Assembly: GCA_028700185.1 (NCBI GenBank)
Contig: JAQVTF010000002.1
Span: 1-58,776 of the forward strand
DNA length: 58,776 bases
Direction: 5' to 3'
Origin: Desulfobacteraceae bacterium
GTDB lineage: Bacteria; Desulfobacterota; Desulfobacteria; Desulfobacterales; UBA2174
How positions within the stretch are numbered: the stretch's first letter is position 1; each line of letters opens with the position of its first letter. Below the pieces are notes generated by a model that was given only the letters and a program-made list of their open reading frames with translations, was not told the origin of the DNA and ran no database searches. Shown in pieces: positions 45,461 to 53,217 of the stretch. A program made the translations under genes and the position numbers.

Positions 45461-46454
45461 AAAACTGGAGGACGATGTCGTCCGGTGCCATCTGTGCCAT
45501 CACCGCTGCCGGATCAAGGAAGGCCGGCGAGGGATCTGCCAGGTGCGCGAAAACCGGCACGGGGTCCTGGAAACCCTCGTTTACGGACGGCTCATCGCCA
45601 GGCACGTGGACCCCATCGAAAAGAAACCGCTCTTTCACGTTTTGCCCGGTACCCGCAGCTACTCCATCGCCACGGTGGGTTGCAATTTCCGCTGCGCCTT
45701 TTGCCAGAACGCCGACATCGCCCAGCTTCCCGCGGATCACGAGGGCATGATCCTCGGAGAGCCGGCGACCCCTGAGGAGGTGGTCTCGGACGCCTTGGCC
45801 CAGGGATGCCGCAGCATCGCCTATACCTACACGGAGCCCACCGTCTTTTTCGAGTTCGCCCGGGATACGGCCCGCCTGGCGACGGCCCAAGGACTACGCA
45901 ACATCTTTGTGACCAATGGCTACATGACCCCCGAAGCCCTGGATGCCATCGGATCGGACCTGCACGCGGCCAATGTGGACTTGAAGGCCTTTTCCGATGA
46001 TTTTTACCGCGCCTACTGCGGTGCCCGTCTCGCGGGAGTCACAGAGACGCTGGCCTACATGCACAAGCTGGGCATCTTCGTGGAAGTGACCACCCTGGTG
46101 ATTCCCGGTCTCAACGACGATCCGTCCGAACTGCGCGCCCTGGCCGATTTCATTGTCGAAACCCTCGGGCCGCAAACCCCGTGGCACGTGAGCCGGTTTC
46201 ATCCCACCTACCGGCTCCTGGATCGTCCGGTCACTCCCCTGGCCACCTTGACCAAAGCCCGCGAAATCGGCCTGCAAGCCGGTCTCAAGCATGTCTATGT
46301 GGGCAATGCCCCCGGCCTCGACGGCGAGGACACCCGCTGCCCGGAGTGCGGCCAGGTCTTGATCCAGCGCCGGGGGTTTTCCCTGGGCCGCATCCGGCTG
46401 AAAAACGGCGCCTGCCCCGACTGCGGCGCACCGGTGGCGGGAATTTGGGCGTAG
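45441..46454 (+). CDS. AmmeMemoRadiSam-system-type radical SAM enzyme (PFL-activase-like)
   Basis: N-terminal Zn/Fe-S CHLCHHRCRI..G..GICQVR, the radical SAM motif GCNFRCAFCQN, and a C-terminal CPECG...CPDCG. Confidence 0.8.
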   Translation: MEASLYEKLEDDVVRCHLCHHRCRIKEGRRGICQVRENRHGVLETLVYGRLIARHVDPIEKKPLFHVLPGTRSYSIATVGCNFRCAFCQNADIAQLPADHEGMILGEPATPEEVVSDALAQGCRSIAYTYTEPTVFFEFARDTARLATAQGLRNIFVTNGYMTPEALDAIGSDLHAANVDLKAFSDDFYRAYCGARLAGVTETLAYMHKLGIFVEVTTLVIPGLNDDPSELRALADFIVETLGPQTPWHVSRFHPTYRLLDRPVTPLATLTKAREIGLQAGLKHVYVGNAPGLDGEDTRCPECGQVLIQRRGFSLGRIRLKNGACPDCGAPVAGIWA

Positions 46455-46460
46455 AGGGTG

Positions 46461-46530
46461 ATCGGTTGTCGGTTAACAGTTATCGGTTATCGGGGTAAGG
46501 TTTCGGGGGGCGGGAACAGCGAGGTGTCGC
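46461..46530 (-). repeat. five tandem 7-mers (ATCGGTT-like) plus the GACACCTCGCTGTTCC...CCGAAACCTT module (reverse orientation)
   Basis: ATCGGTT GTCGGTT AACAGTT ATCGGTT ATCGGGG at 46461-46495. The reverse complement of 46497-46530 matches 31048-31078. Confidence 0.75.
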
Positions 46531-46875
46531 CTGTCCGGTTCCGGGTGCCAGGGAGGGCCCTGCGGCCACATCAAGTTTTTTCCGCTGAAGCCAGAAACCT
46601 GAAAACTTGGATGTGACCATGCCCAATTGCCTGGAGATGCGCCTGGAGATCTTCGGCCCTTCAACATGGCCCCCGGATCAAGGTCCGGGGGGACGAGCTG
46701 CTGAAAAATGCCGGATGCATGCGGCACAGTCCGAGGCTCCGGCCCCATTCCGTCATTCCGGGCTTGATCCGGAATTTATCTTCATCGGGACGAGACCGCG
46801 GAAGCCTCTCCGGAAATTGCCAAAGCCGCCGTCACCGGCTTGCCCCAACCGGTCACAATAGAGGCCGGAGGCAGT

Positions 46876-46979
46876 GCTGAAACCTTGAACCTGGAACGCG
46901 CCGAAGGTGCTTTGAACCTTGAACCTTGAACGCGCCAAAGGCGCCTTGAACTTGGAACCTGGAACGCGCCGAAGGCGCC
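46876..46979 (+). repeat. GCTGAAACCTTGAACCT-family repeat: three units of TTGAACC-type 7-mers, each ending in a GCGCC-(G/A)AA-GG(C/T)GC mini-hairpin
   Basis: ...GGAACGCGCCGAAGGTGC / ...GAACGCGCCAAAGGCGCC / ...GGAACGCGCCGAAGGCGCC, separated by (C)CTTGAA repeats. It lies immediately upstream of the GT2 gene. Confidence 0.85.
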
Positions 46980-46984
46980 TCCCC

Positions 46985-47854
46985 TTGGTCAGCGTCATCC
47001 TGCCCACCTACAATCGGGCCGCCTGGGTGGCCGAAGCGGTGGACTCGGTGCTGGATCAGGAGGGGCCGAGCTTTGAGCTGATCGTGGTGGACGACGGCTC
47101 CGTCGACGAAACGCCCAAGGTGCTGGCCGCCTACGGCCATCGCCTTCAGGTTTTGCGTCTGGAACGTGGCGGGGTGTCCCGGGCCCGCAATCGGGGCGTG
47201 GTGATAAGCCACGGTGAATTCCTGGCGTTTCTGGACTCCGACGACCTGTGGTTGCCCGGCAAACTCGCCGCCCAGGTGGCCTTCATGGCGGCCCATCCGG
47301 AAATGTCCATCTGCCAGACCGAGGAGATCTGGATCCGCAACGGCCGGCGGGTCAACCCCCGCCAGCGTCACCGCAAGGCCGCCGGACTGTTCTTCGAACG
47401 CAGCCTCGAGCTCTGCCTGGTGAGCCCTTCGGCGGTGATGATGCGCCGGAGCCTGTTTGAGGCCCTGGGCGGTTTCGACGAATCCCTGCCCGCCTGCGAA
47501 GATTACGACCTGTGGCTGCGCATCGGGTGCCGGCACCCGGTGGGGCTCATCGACGCCCCCTTGGTGGTCAAGCGCGGGGGGCATGGGGACCAGCTTTCCC
47601 GCATGCCAGGCCTGGACCGCTTCAGGATTCGTGCCATCGCCGGGCTTTTGGCCGCGGGCATACTGGACTCCGGCCAGCAGCGGGCCGCCGTGTCGGTCCT
47701 GCGCACCAAGTGCCGCATCTATGCGGCAGGCTGCCGCAAGCGGGGCCGTCTGGCGGAAGCCGACTTTTATGAGACCCTGGCCGCGGATCCTTTGAGCGTA
47801 TCGGCTGAAACATTTTCAAAAATAACGCCAAACACCGCCTCGGTCTTCCCCTAG
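46985..47854 (+). CDS. family 2 glycosyltransferase
   Basis: VSVILPTYNRAAWV..AVDSVLDQ...ELIVVDDGS.D.T and DSDDLW. The start is uncertain: TTG at 46985 is proposed, and the ORF-track start at 46919 lies inside the repeat. Confidence 0.8.
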   Translation: MVSVILPTYNRAAWVAEAVDSVLDQEGPSFELIVVDDGSVDETPKVLAAYGHRLQVLRLERGGVSRARNRGVVISHGEFLAFLDSDDLWLPGKLAAQVAFMAAHPEMSICQTEEIWIRNGRRVNPRQRHRKAAGLFFERSLELCLVSPSAVMMRRSLFEALGGFDESLPACEDYDLWLRIGCRHPVGLIDAPLVVKRGGHGDQLSRMPGLDRFRIRAIAGLLAAGILDSGQQRAAVSVLRTKCRIYAAGCRKRGRLAEADFYETLAADPLSVSAETFSKITPNTASVFP

Positions 47855-47960
47855 GCGCAACGTCAACTTCCGGCTGACGCCGAGCCGCCCAAACAGTGCC
47901 GCAACCGCCGGTCATGGCCATTTTTGAACAACACCAACCCAGTGGAGCCCCTTGGAACCC

Positions 47961-48863
47961 ATGCCTCCCCCTACCGATGCCAATAGCGTCAAGGAACGGA
48001 CCGCCGTCATCTCCCTGCTGACGGATGGACTCCAGCTCATTCCTTCCGTTATCGTGGCCGTTCTGGCCAACTCCATGACCCTGTACACCGACATCATGGG
48101 GGACCTGAATGTCCTTTTCACCAATTTCATGCTTTGGCTGATTCTCAGGCGAATGCGCCGTGGCATGGGCGTTCACTACGACTATGGCACCGGAAAAGTC
48201 GAAAACCTCGTCACGGTTATCGGCGCCTGCGTTCTGATCCTTTCCCTGGGATACGTGGTCTACACGGCCGTGGCGCGGCTTTTTTCCCCCGTTCAGCTGC
48301 AAACCGAAGCCACCTTGCTCGGCGCGCTGGTCATGTCCTTCGCCGCCGTGCTGTACGGTTTTTTGTGGTTTCGCAACTATCGGATCAGCCAAATCCACCC
48401 GTCTCCCATCGCCGACCTCCAGTGGCGCGTGCCCATGTCCAACGCGTTGATCTCCGTGGCCCTCCTGCTTGTCTTGGGCGCCATGGTGATTTTTCGTCGT
48501 TCCGCGTGGTCCATCTACATCGATCCGGTCGTCTCCCTGATCATGTCCGCCTTTATCCTGTGCACCTTCTTCGGCGTGATCAAAACATCCTTTTTCGATC
48601 TTCTGGACAGGACCCTGGAAGAGCGCCACCAGATGACCATCACAAGGGAACTGGCTCAATTTTTTGAAGAATACCGGCATTTTCACGGAGTTCGGTCAAG
48701 GCGCACCGGCGGCCGGATTTTCATCGAAATTTTCCTGGAATTCGACCCCCAGCGGTCGGTGGGAGAAATTCAGGCGGTCGCGGCCCGGCTGCGCCAGTCC
48801 ATCCAGGAAAAGATTCCCCACAGCGCCGTGAGCATCGCCTTGGCCGACGGTCCACCGCACTGA
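47961..48863 (+). CDS. cation diffusion facilitator (CDF) family transporter
   Basis: Six predicted TM segments, a TM2-region TDIMGD, HYDYGTGKVENL, and a C-terminal cytoplasmic domain. Confidence 0.75.
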   Translation: MPPPTDANSVKERTAVISLLTDGLQLIPSVIVAVLANSMTLYTDIMGDLNVLFTNFMLWLILRRMRRGMGVHYDYGTGKVENLVTVIGACVLILSLGYVVYTAVARLFSPVQLQTEATLLGALVMSFAAVLYGFLWFRNYRISQIHPSPIADLQWRVPMSNALISVALLLVLGAMVIFRRSAWSIYIDPVVSLIMSAFILCTFFGVIKTSFFDLLDRTLEERHQMTITRELAQFFEEYRHFHGVRSRRTGGRIFIEIFLEFDPQRSVGEIQAVAARLRQSIQEKIPHSAVSIALADGPPH

Positions 48864-48886
48864 TAGGCAAATCAGCCCGGCATTGA

Positions 48887-50413
48887 TCATAAACCGACGT
48901 CCGGATGACAGCGTCGAATGTAATCCAGCAACGTTTGGGTTTCCCCGGGCAGGATGTGAAGCTGCTGATAATCGAGCACGACGTTGTTGAGGTACTGCAA
49001 AAGCAAGGCATCCCCGATGGGCGATTCCGGGAAAACACCGGCGAAAAAGAAGCCCATGTCTTCAAAGCACTCCGTGTAGCGCAAAGCGGTGCCGTCTTCG
49101 AGGCTCAGTCCCAGAGAGATGGACGCCACCCCCTGGACGCAGAGCCGGCGCAGTTCATGGCGAATCCGGTCCGCCAAATCCGCGCCGGGACGGCAAACGT
49201 AAATTTCGGCGCTGCTTTCAACCGGCACTACCCTGGTTCTCAACACCGTGTCGCCGGTCGGTTCAGCCGGCGGCGGAGCGGCTTCTTCAACGAAACAATG
49301 CGGGGCATGGACCGTCCCGTACAGGCGCCGGATCTCTTCGCCATGCCGCGAGGGCGGGTAAAGCGTCCGCGCCTGGGGCTTGCGCAGGTACTGGTAAGAG
49401 AAAACCACGCTGATCCTCTGGTCCACCCGTTCACTGATCCCCTTGAAATTCCAGGTCGCCGGGGAAGTGGCCAAGAGGAGGGCCAGCGGTTTCAAGCCGC
49501 TTCGGACGGCCATCTTCTGGCTGAAGAGATGAATGGTCACGGAATAACAGAAAAGACCCACGAGATCTTTCTGGATGGCGGTCTTATACAGAAACTCGGC
49601 GATCTGGCTGCCCAGCCGGTTCATGTGCCGGTATTTGGGGTCCACGAACACGAAATCGACACTGCCGCTTCGGGCTTCGGGCCCATCTATAATCAGGGCG
49701 CCGTGCCCCATGAACTCTCCCCGCCGGGTTACGGCAACGGCGGAAACCATGAGACCTTGCTCGTTGAGCGCCCGTATTTTTTCGGGGTAGTAGATCACGT
49801 CATCGAAAAAAGTATAACCGTGGGACTTGTAGGCCCCTCGGCTCACTTCAATGGCTTCATGGGGGAGCAGAGATCGAACGGTGTATTCCACCACGGGCGG
49901 CCGGATCTCTGCTTCGTCTTCTGTTGCCGGGGCCTCCGACGAATCCTTTTGAGGCGGTTCCGCGGGGGGGGCGTCGCAATACTTCACCAGCAAGGTCCGC
50001 TTGCCGTGAAGTCCTAGATTACAGTACTCGACGTGGTCCATCATCCCCTGCACGAGCTTCAATCCCAACCCCGAAACCGTGGTATCGCGCCAGGCCTTTT
50101 TCGGATCGTAGGCCGGCAGCAGATTCGGATCGAAGGGCATCCCCTGATCGTCGATGCAAATCGACATCCCGTAAGGATCGCTGATGCCGAAACAGATTTC
50201 GAAGGTGGCTGACGCCGCCTGATCCCCCAAACTGTGATGAATGACATTCACCACAGTTTCTTCAATGGATAACAGTACCTTGTGAATCTGCTCGGCGGAC
50301 AATCCGACCATTTTGCCAAACCGTGCGGCGGTCTCCGTCACCATGGGCAAATAGGTCATCCTGGCCGGCAGGTTGATGCGGACGCTGTCCCTGTGATCAT
50401 GCTGTTCAGACAC
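48887..50413 (-). CDS. HATPase_c (RsbW/anti-sigma-kinase-like) domain fused to GNAT-like acetyltransferase-fold domains
   Basis: N-terminal ...LLSIEETVVNVIHHS...DDQGMPFDP...GLGLKLV. The central and C-terminal regions show a GNAT-like pattern (AVTRRGEFMGHGALI..., FVDPKYRHMNRLGSQIAEFL). GTG start with a GAGGAA RBS. Confidence 0.65.
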   Translation of the reverse strand: MSEQHDHRDSVRINLPARMTYLPMVTETAARFGKMVGLSAEQIHKVLLSIEETVVNVIHHSLGDQAASATFEICFGISDPYGMSICIDDQGMPFDPNLLPAYDPKKAWRDTTVSGLGLKLVQGMMDHVEYCNLGLHGKRTLLVKYCDAPPAEPPQKDSSEAPATEDEAEIRPPVVEYTVRSLLPHEAIEVSRGAYKSHGYTFFDDVIYYPEKIRALNEQGLMVSAVAVTRRGEFMGHGALIIDGPEARSGSVDFVFVDPKYRHMNRLGSQIAEFLYKTAIQKDLVGLFCYSVTIHLFSQKMAVRSGLKPLALLLATSPATWNFKGISERVDQRISVVFSYQYLRKPQARTLYPPSRHGEEIRRLYGTVHAPHCFVEEAAPPPAEPTGDTVLRTRVVPVESSAEIYVCRPGADLADRIRHELRRLCVQGVASISLGLSLEDGTALRYTECFEDMGFFFAGVFPESPIGDALLLQYLNNVVLDYQQLHILPGETQTLLDYIRRCHPDVGL

Positions 50414-50475
50414 TTGAGTGTTCCTCTATTATAAAATCGTATAAAATCGTATTTCCTATCTTTTTCCCTGCGTCG

Positions 50476-51450
50476 TCACCCGGGCATCGCCCCGCTCTTT
50501 TTCTCTTGCCGTCTCAACGATCCGGCCCATCGCGCCAGGGCGGCGATATCCGCCGGCGTGGTACGGCAGCAACCACCGATAATCCGGGCCCCGGCCCGGT
50601 ACCAGTGGGGGGCCGCCTCGGCAAAGGGGGCCGGTTGGGATCCGTCTCGCCAGGCACGAATCTGTGCATCGTACACCTCCCCGGAATTGGGATAAACGAT
50701 GATGGGCTTGTCGGTGGCGCCACGGGCCGCCCGAATCAGATCCGGCACGAAGATGGGGGCTGTGCAGTTGACGCCCACGGCCGCCACCTGGGGGTGGGCG
50801 TCGAGAAAACGGGCGCAGTCGGCCAACGCCTCGCCGTGGCAGACATGGGCGCCGTCCCTGGCGCTGAAGCTGAACCAGGCCCAAGTACCGGGGAACTCGC
50901 TCAGGAGCCGGCTCAAGGCCCTGGCCTCGGCCAGGCAGGGCAGGGTCTCGCAAGCCAGCAAATCCGCTCCGGCCGCCACCAGTGCCGCCATCCGGGGTCG
51001 ATGAAACGCCACCAGCGCGTCTTCGCTCAAATCGTAGTCGCCCCGGTACTCGGACCCATCGGCCAGATAGGCGCCGTAAGGTCCCACCGAGGCGGCCACC
51101 AGGGGCCGGGGACGGTCAACCCGGTTGGCCGGTTGCCGCCAAAACGCATCGCGGACTTCAGCGGCCAGGGTCACGGAACGCCCCATCAACGCCAAGGCTT
51201 CATCCGGCTCCAGGCCCCGGCGGATCAATCCCGGCAGCGAAGCCTGGTAGCTGGCGGTGATGGCCACGTCGGCGCCGGCGGCAAAGTAGTCCGCATGTAC
51301 CGCGGCAATCCGCTCGGGGGTCTCCAGCAACACCTTGGCCGACCAGAGGGGATCGTTGAGATCACACCCCCGGGTTTCCAGTTCGGTGGCCAGGGCACCG
51401 TCCAGGATCACCACGGAATACTGCGCCAGAATGGTTTGCAGGGGGTTCAT
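50476..51450 (-). CDS. mmuM: homocysteine S-methyltransferase
   Basis: ILDGALATELE.RG.DL.DPLWSA, ASYQA, and C-terminal GGCCRTTP. Confidence 0.9.
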   Translation of the reverse strand: MNPLQTILAQYSVVILDGALATELETRGCDLNDPLWSAKVLLETPERIAAVHADYFAAGADVAITASYQASLPGLIRRGLEPDEALALMGRSVTLAAEVRDAFWRQPANRVDRPRPLVAASVGPYGAYLADGSEYRGDYDLSEDALVAFHRPRMAALVAAGADLLACETLPCLAEARALSRLLSEFPGTWAWFSFSARDGAHVCHGEALADCARFLDAHPQVAAVGVNCTAPIFVPDLIRAARGATDKPIIVYPNSGEVYDAQIRAWRDGSQPAPFAEAAPHWYRAGARIIGGCCRTTPADIAALARWAGSLRRQEKKSGAMPG

Positions 51451-51482
51451 GACCACAAGCCTCCAAATCGTTGTCCTGTTGT

Positions 51483-52226
51483 TCAGCGGTCGGCAAGACG
51501 CCTTCGCAGGTACCGGACCTGCCCTTCCTTGGTGAGGGGGATGACCCAATCGGCGTAGTAGTCGCGCACCACGGTCGGATCGATGCGGTGCCGGCTATTG
51601 CCGACGGCCGAAGCCTGGAGGGTTTCCACCTTGCGTGCCACCCGGTCCAGGATACGCGCTTCCACCTCGGTGCGGGTCAACCTTGCCAGCAACCGCTCGC
51701 GGTCACCGGCGGCCAGCAGGTCCTTGAAGGTTTCGGGATCGGCGCGGTACTTGCTCTCGGCCACATAGAGGGCCCCGTAATGGATCCGCCGCGAGATGGC
51801 CTGAATGGCGTAGACATCGTGTTCGACGCTGGAGCCGTACTGGGCGTCGTCCCCGGGGGCGCAAATCCGCGCCACCAGCTCCAGGTAGCTGGAACGGATG
51901 GGATCAGTGAGGTTCACCCGATCATAATTATCTATTTCAAGACAATTTTCCGGCAGATGAACCCGGCGGCGAGCCGGGGGCAGGCAACGGTTGAAGGGTC
52001 TTTCCTCCGGGGCGCAGAAACGGCCGAAACGGGCGTCCATTTCTTCCTGGTAGCGCAGACGCACTTCGAAGAGACTCGCCGTGGCCTCTCCTTCGAACCC
52101 GCTGCGGCCGGGAAGATAGGCCTGGCGATTACAGCGGAATTGGGCCCGGTCGATGAGTCTGGCGATGATGGTTTCTTCCAGGCTTTCAAGGTCAGCGGCG
52201 ATTTTTTCAAGATCGGGGGCAGACAT
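51483..52226 (-). CDS. chorismate mutase, eukaryotic (Aro7) type
   Basis: SRRIHYGALYVAESKYR and VIPLTKEGQVRYLRRRL mirror yeast Aro7 SRRIHFGKFVAEAKF and VIPITKEVEVEYLLRRL (from memory). ATG at 52226. Confidence 0.75.
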   Translation of the reverse strand: MSAPDLEKIAADLESLEETIIARLIDRAQFRCNRQAYLPGRSGFEGEATASLFEVRLRYQEEMDARFGRFCAPEERPFNRCLPPARRRVHLPENCLEIDNYDRVNLTDPIRSSYLELVARICAPGDDAQYGSSVEHDVYAIQAISRRIHYGALYVAESKYRADPETFKDLLAAGDRERLLARLTRTEVEARILDRVARKVETLQASAVGNSRHRIDPTVVRDYYADWVIPLTKEGQVRYLRRRLADR

Positions 52227-52232
52227 CGGCAA

Positions 52233-53078
52233 TCAGTCGCTTCGTTGGTGATTCGATTGGGGCCTCTGAAGGCTGCGGTTCATGCTTCCGGTGACGTATC
52301 CTTCCAGGTCCAGGGCGACAAAGGTGAACCCGAGTCGTTGCAACGCTTGCCGTAAACCGATTCTCGAGGCCGGCGTCATCAACCGGTCAAAATAAGCCGG
52401 GGCCACTTCGATGCGAGCGATGTCGCCGTGGTGCCGCACCCGACCTTCGGGAACCCCGCGGCGCCTCAGCTCGGCTTCGGCTTCCGCCACTTGCGCCAAA
52501 CGGGCCGCCGTGATGGGGATCCCGTAGGCGATGCGCGTGGCCAGACACGGCTGGGCCGGCTGATTCCAGGTCTCCAATCCCAATTCCCGCGACAGGACAC
52601 GAATCTCACTCTTTTCCAGGCCAACCGCCTCCAGTGGTGCCAGGATACCCGCCTCGCGAGCGGCCCGGTGACCGGGGCGATAATCGCGCCCATCATCCAC
52701 CGTGGCCCCATGGGCGATGTGGGCTATACCGCGATGGGCAGCGATCTCTTTCAGTTTGACAAACAAGCGCTGTTTGCAGACATAACAGCGCTCAGGCCCA
52801 TTTCGGACAAAGTCTTGACAGTCCAAAATCGAGTCCGTGAAGCACTCGTGGACCACGGACAGCCGATTGGCCAACGCGCGTGCCGCAGCGGTCTCGTCGG
52901 TCGAATGCACCCCTCCGCAAGCCGTGGCGGCCGTCACTTCTTCTCCCAACACCCGTCTTGCCATTGCCAGCAGGTAGGTCGAATCCACTCCTCCTGAAAA
53001 GGCGATCAACAACGGCCGGTGATCCCGGAGCCAACGTTTGAGGCGGTCTTGTTTTTCGTGGGCGATTCCGGGATCCAT
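52233..53078 (-). CDS. larE: ATP-dependent sacrificial sulfur transferase LarE (PP-loop ATP pyrophosphatase)
   Basis: PP-loop LIAFSGGVDSTYL, CYVCK, and later ...QPCLATRI... The start is ATG 53078 or GTG 53102. Confidence 0.8.
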   Translation of the reverse strand: MDPGIAHEKQDRLKRWLRDHRPLLIAFSGGVDSTYLLAMARRVLGEEVTAATACGGVHSTDETAAARALANRLSVVHECFTDSILDCQDFVRNGPERCYVCKQRLFVKLKEIAAHRGIAHIAHGATVDDGRDYRPGHRAAREAGILAPLEAVGLEKSEIRVLSRELGLETWNQPAQPCLATRIAYGIPITAARLAQVAEAEAELRRRGVPEGRVRHHGDIARIEVAPAYFDRLMTPASRIGLRQALQRLGFTFVALDLEGYVTGSMNRSLQRPQSNHQRSD

Positions 53079-53217
53079 ACAGGGCGCTATTCCCTTATCC
53101 ACTTGAATGAAGAACTGAAAAGTTGTTTACAAGAACGACACGGTCCATTATACATGGCAACGATGCCAACCTTTGGATGATATGCCAACCATTCAGCAAT
53201 CGCAAAGGGGTTTTTAA

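Noticed and set aside
46607-46861. An 84-aa ORF lies at 46607-46861 and a 135-aa ORF lies at 24022-24429 in large intergenic regions.
   Set aside because: Their translations run through repeat elements: ...FRHSGLDPEF... from the hairpin ATTCCGG-GCTTGAT-CCGGAAT at 46755-46775, and ...VIPAKAE... from the related GTCATTCCTGCGAAAGC element near 24150. Such peptides are classic artefacts of REP-like palindromes. There is no RBS and no coding-like context.
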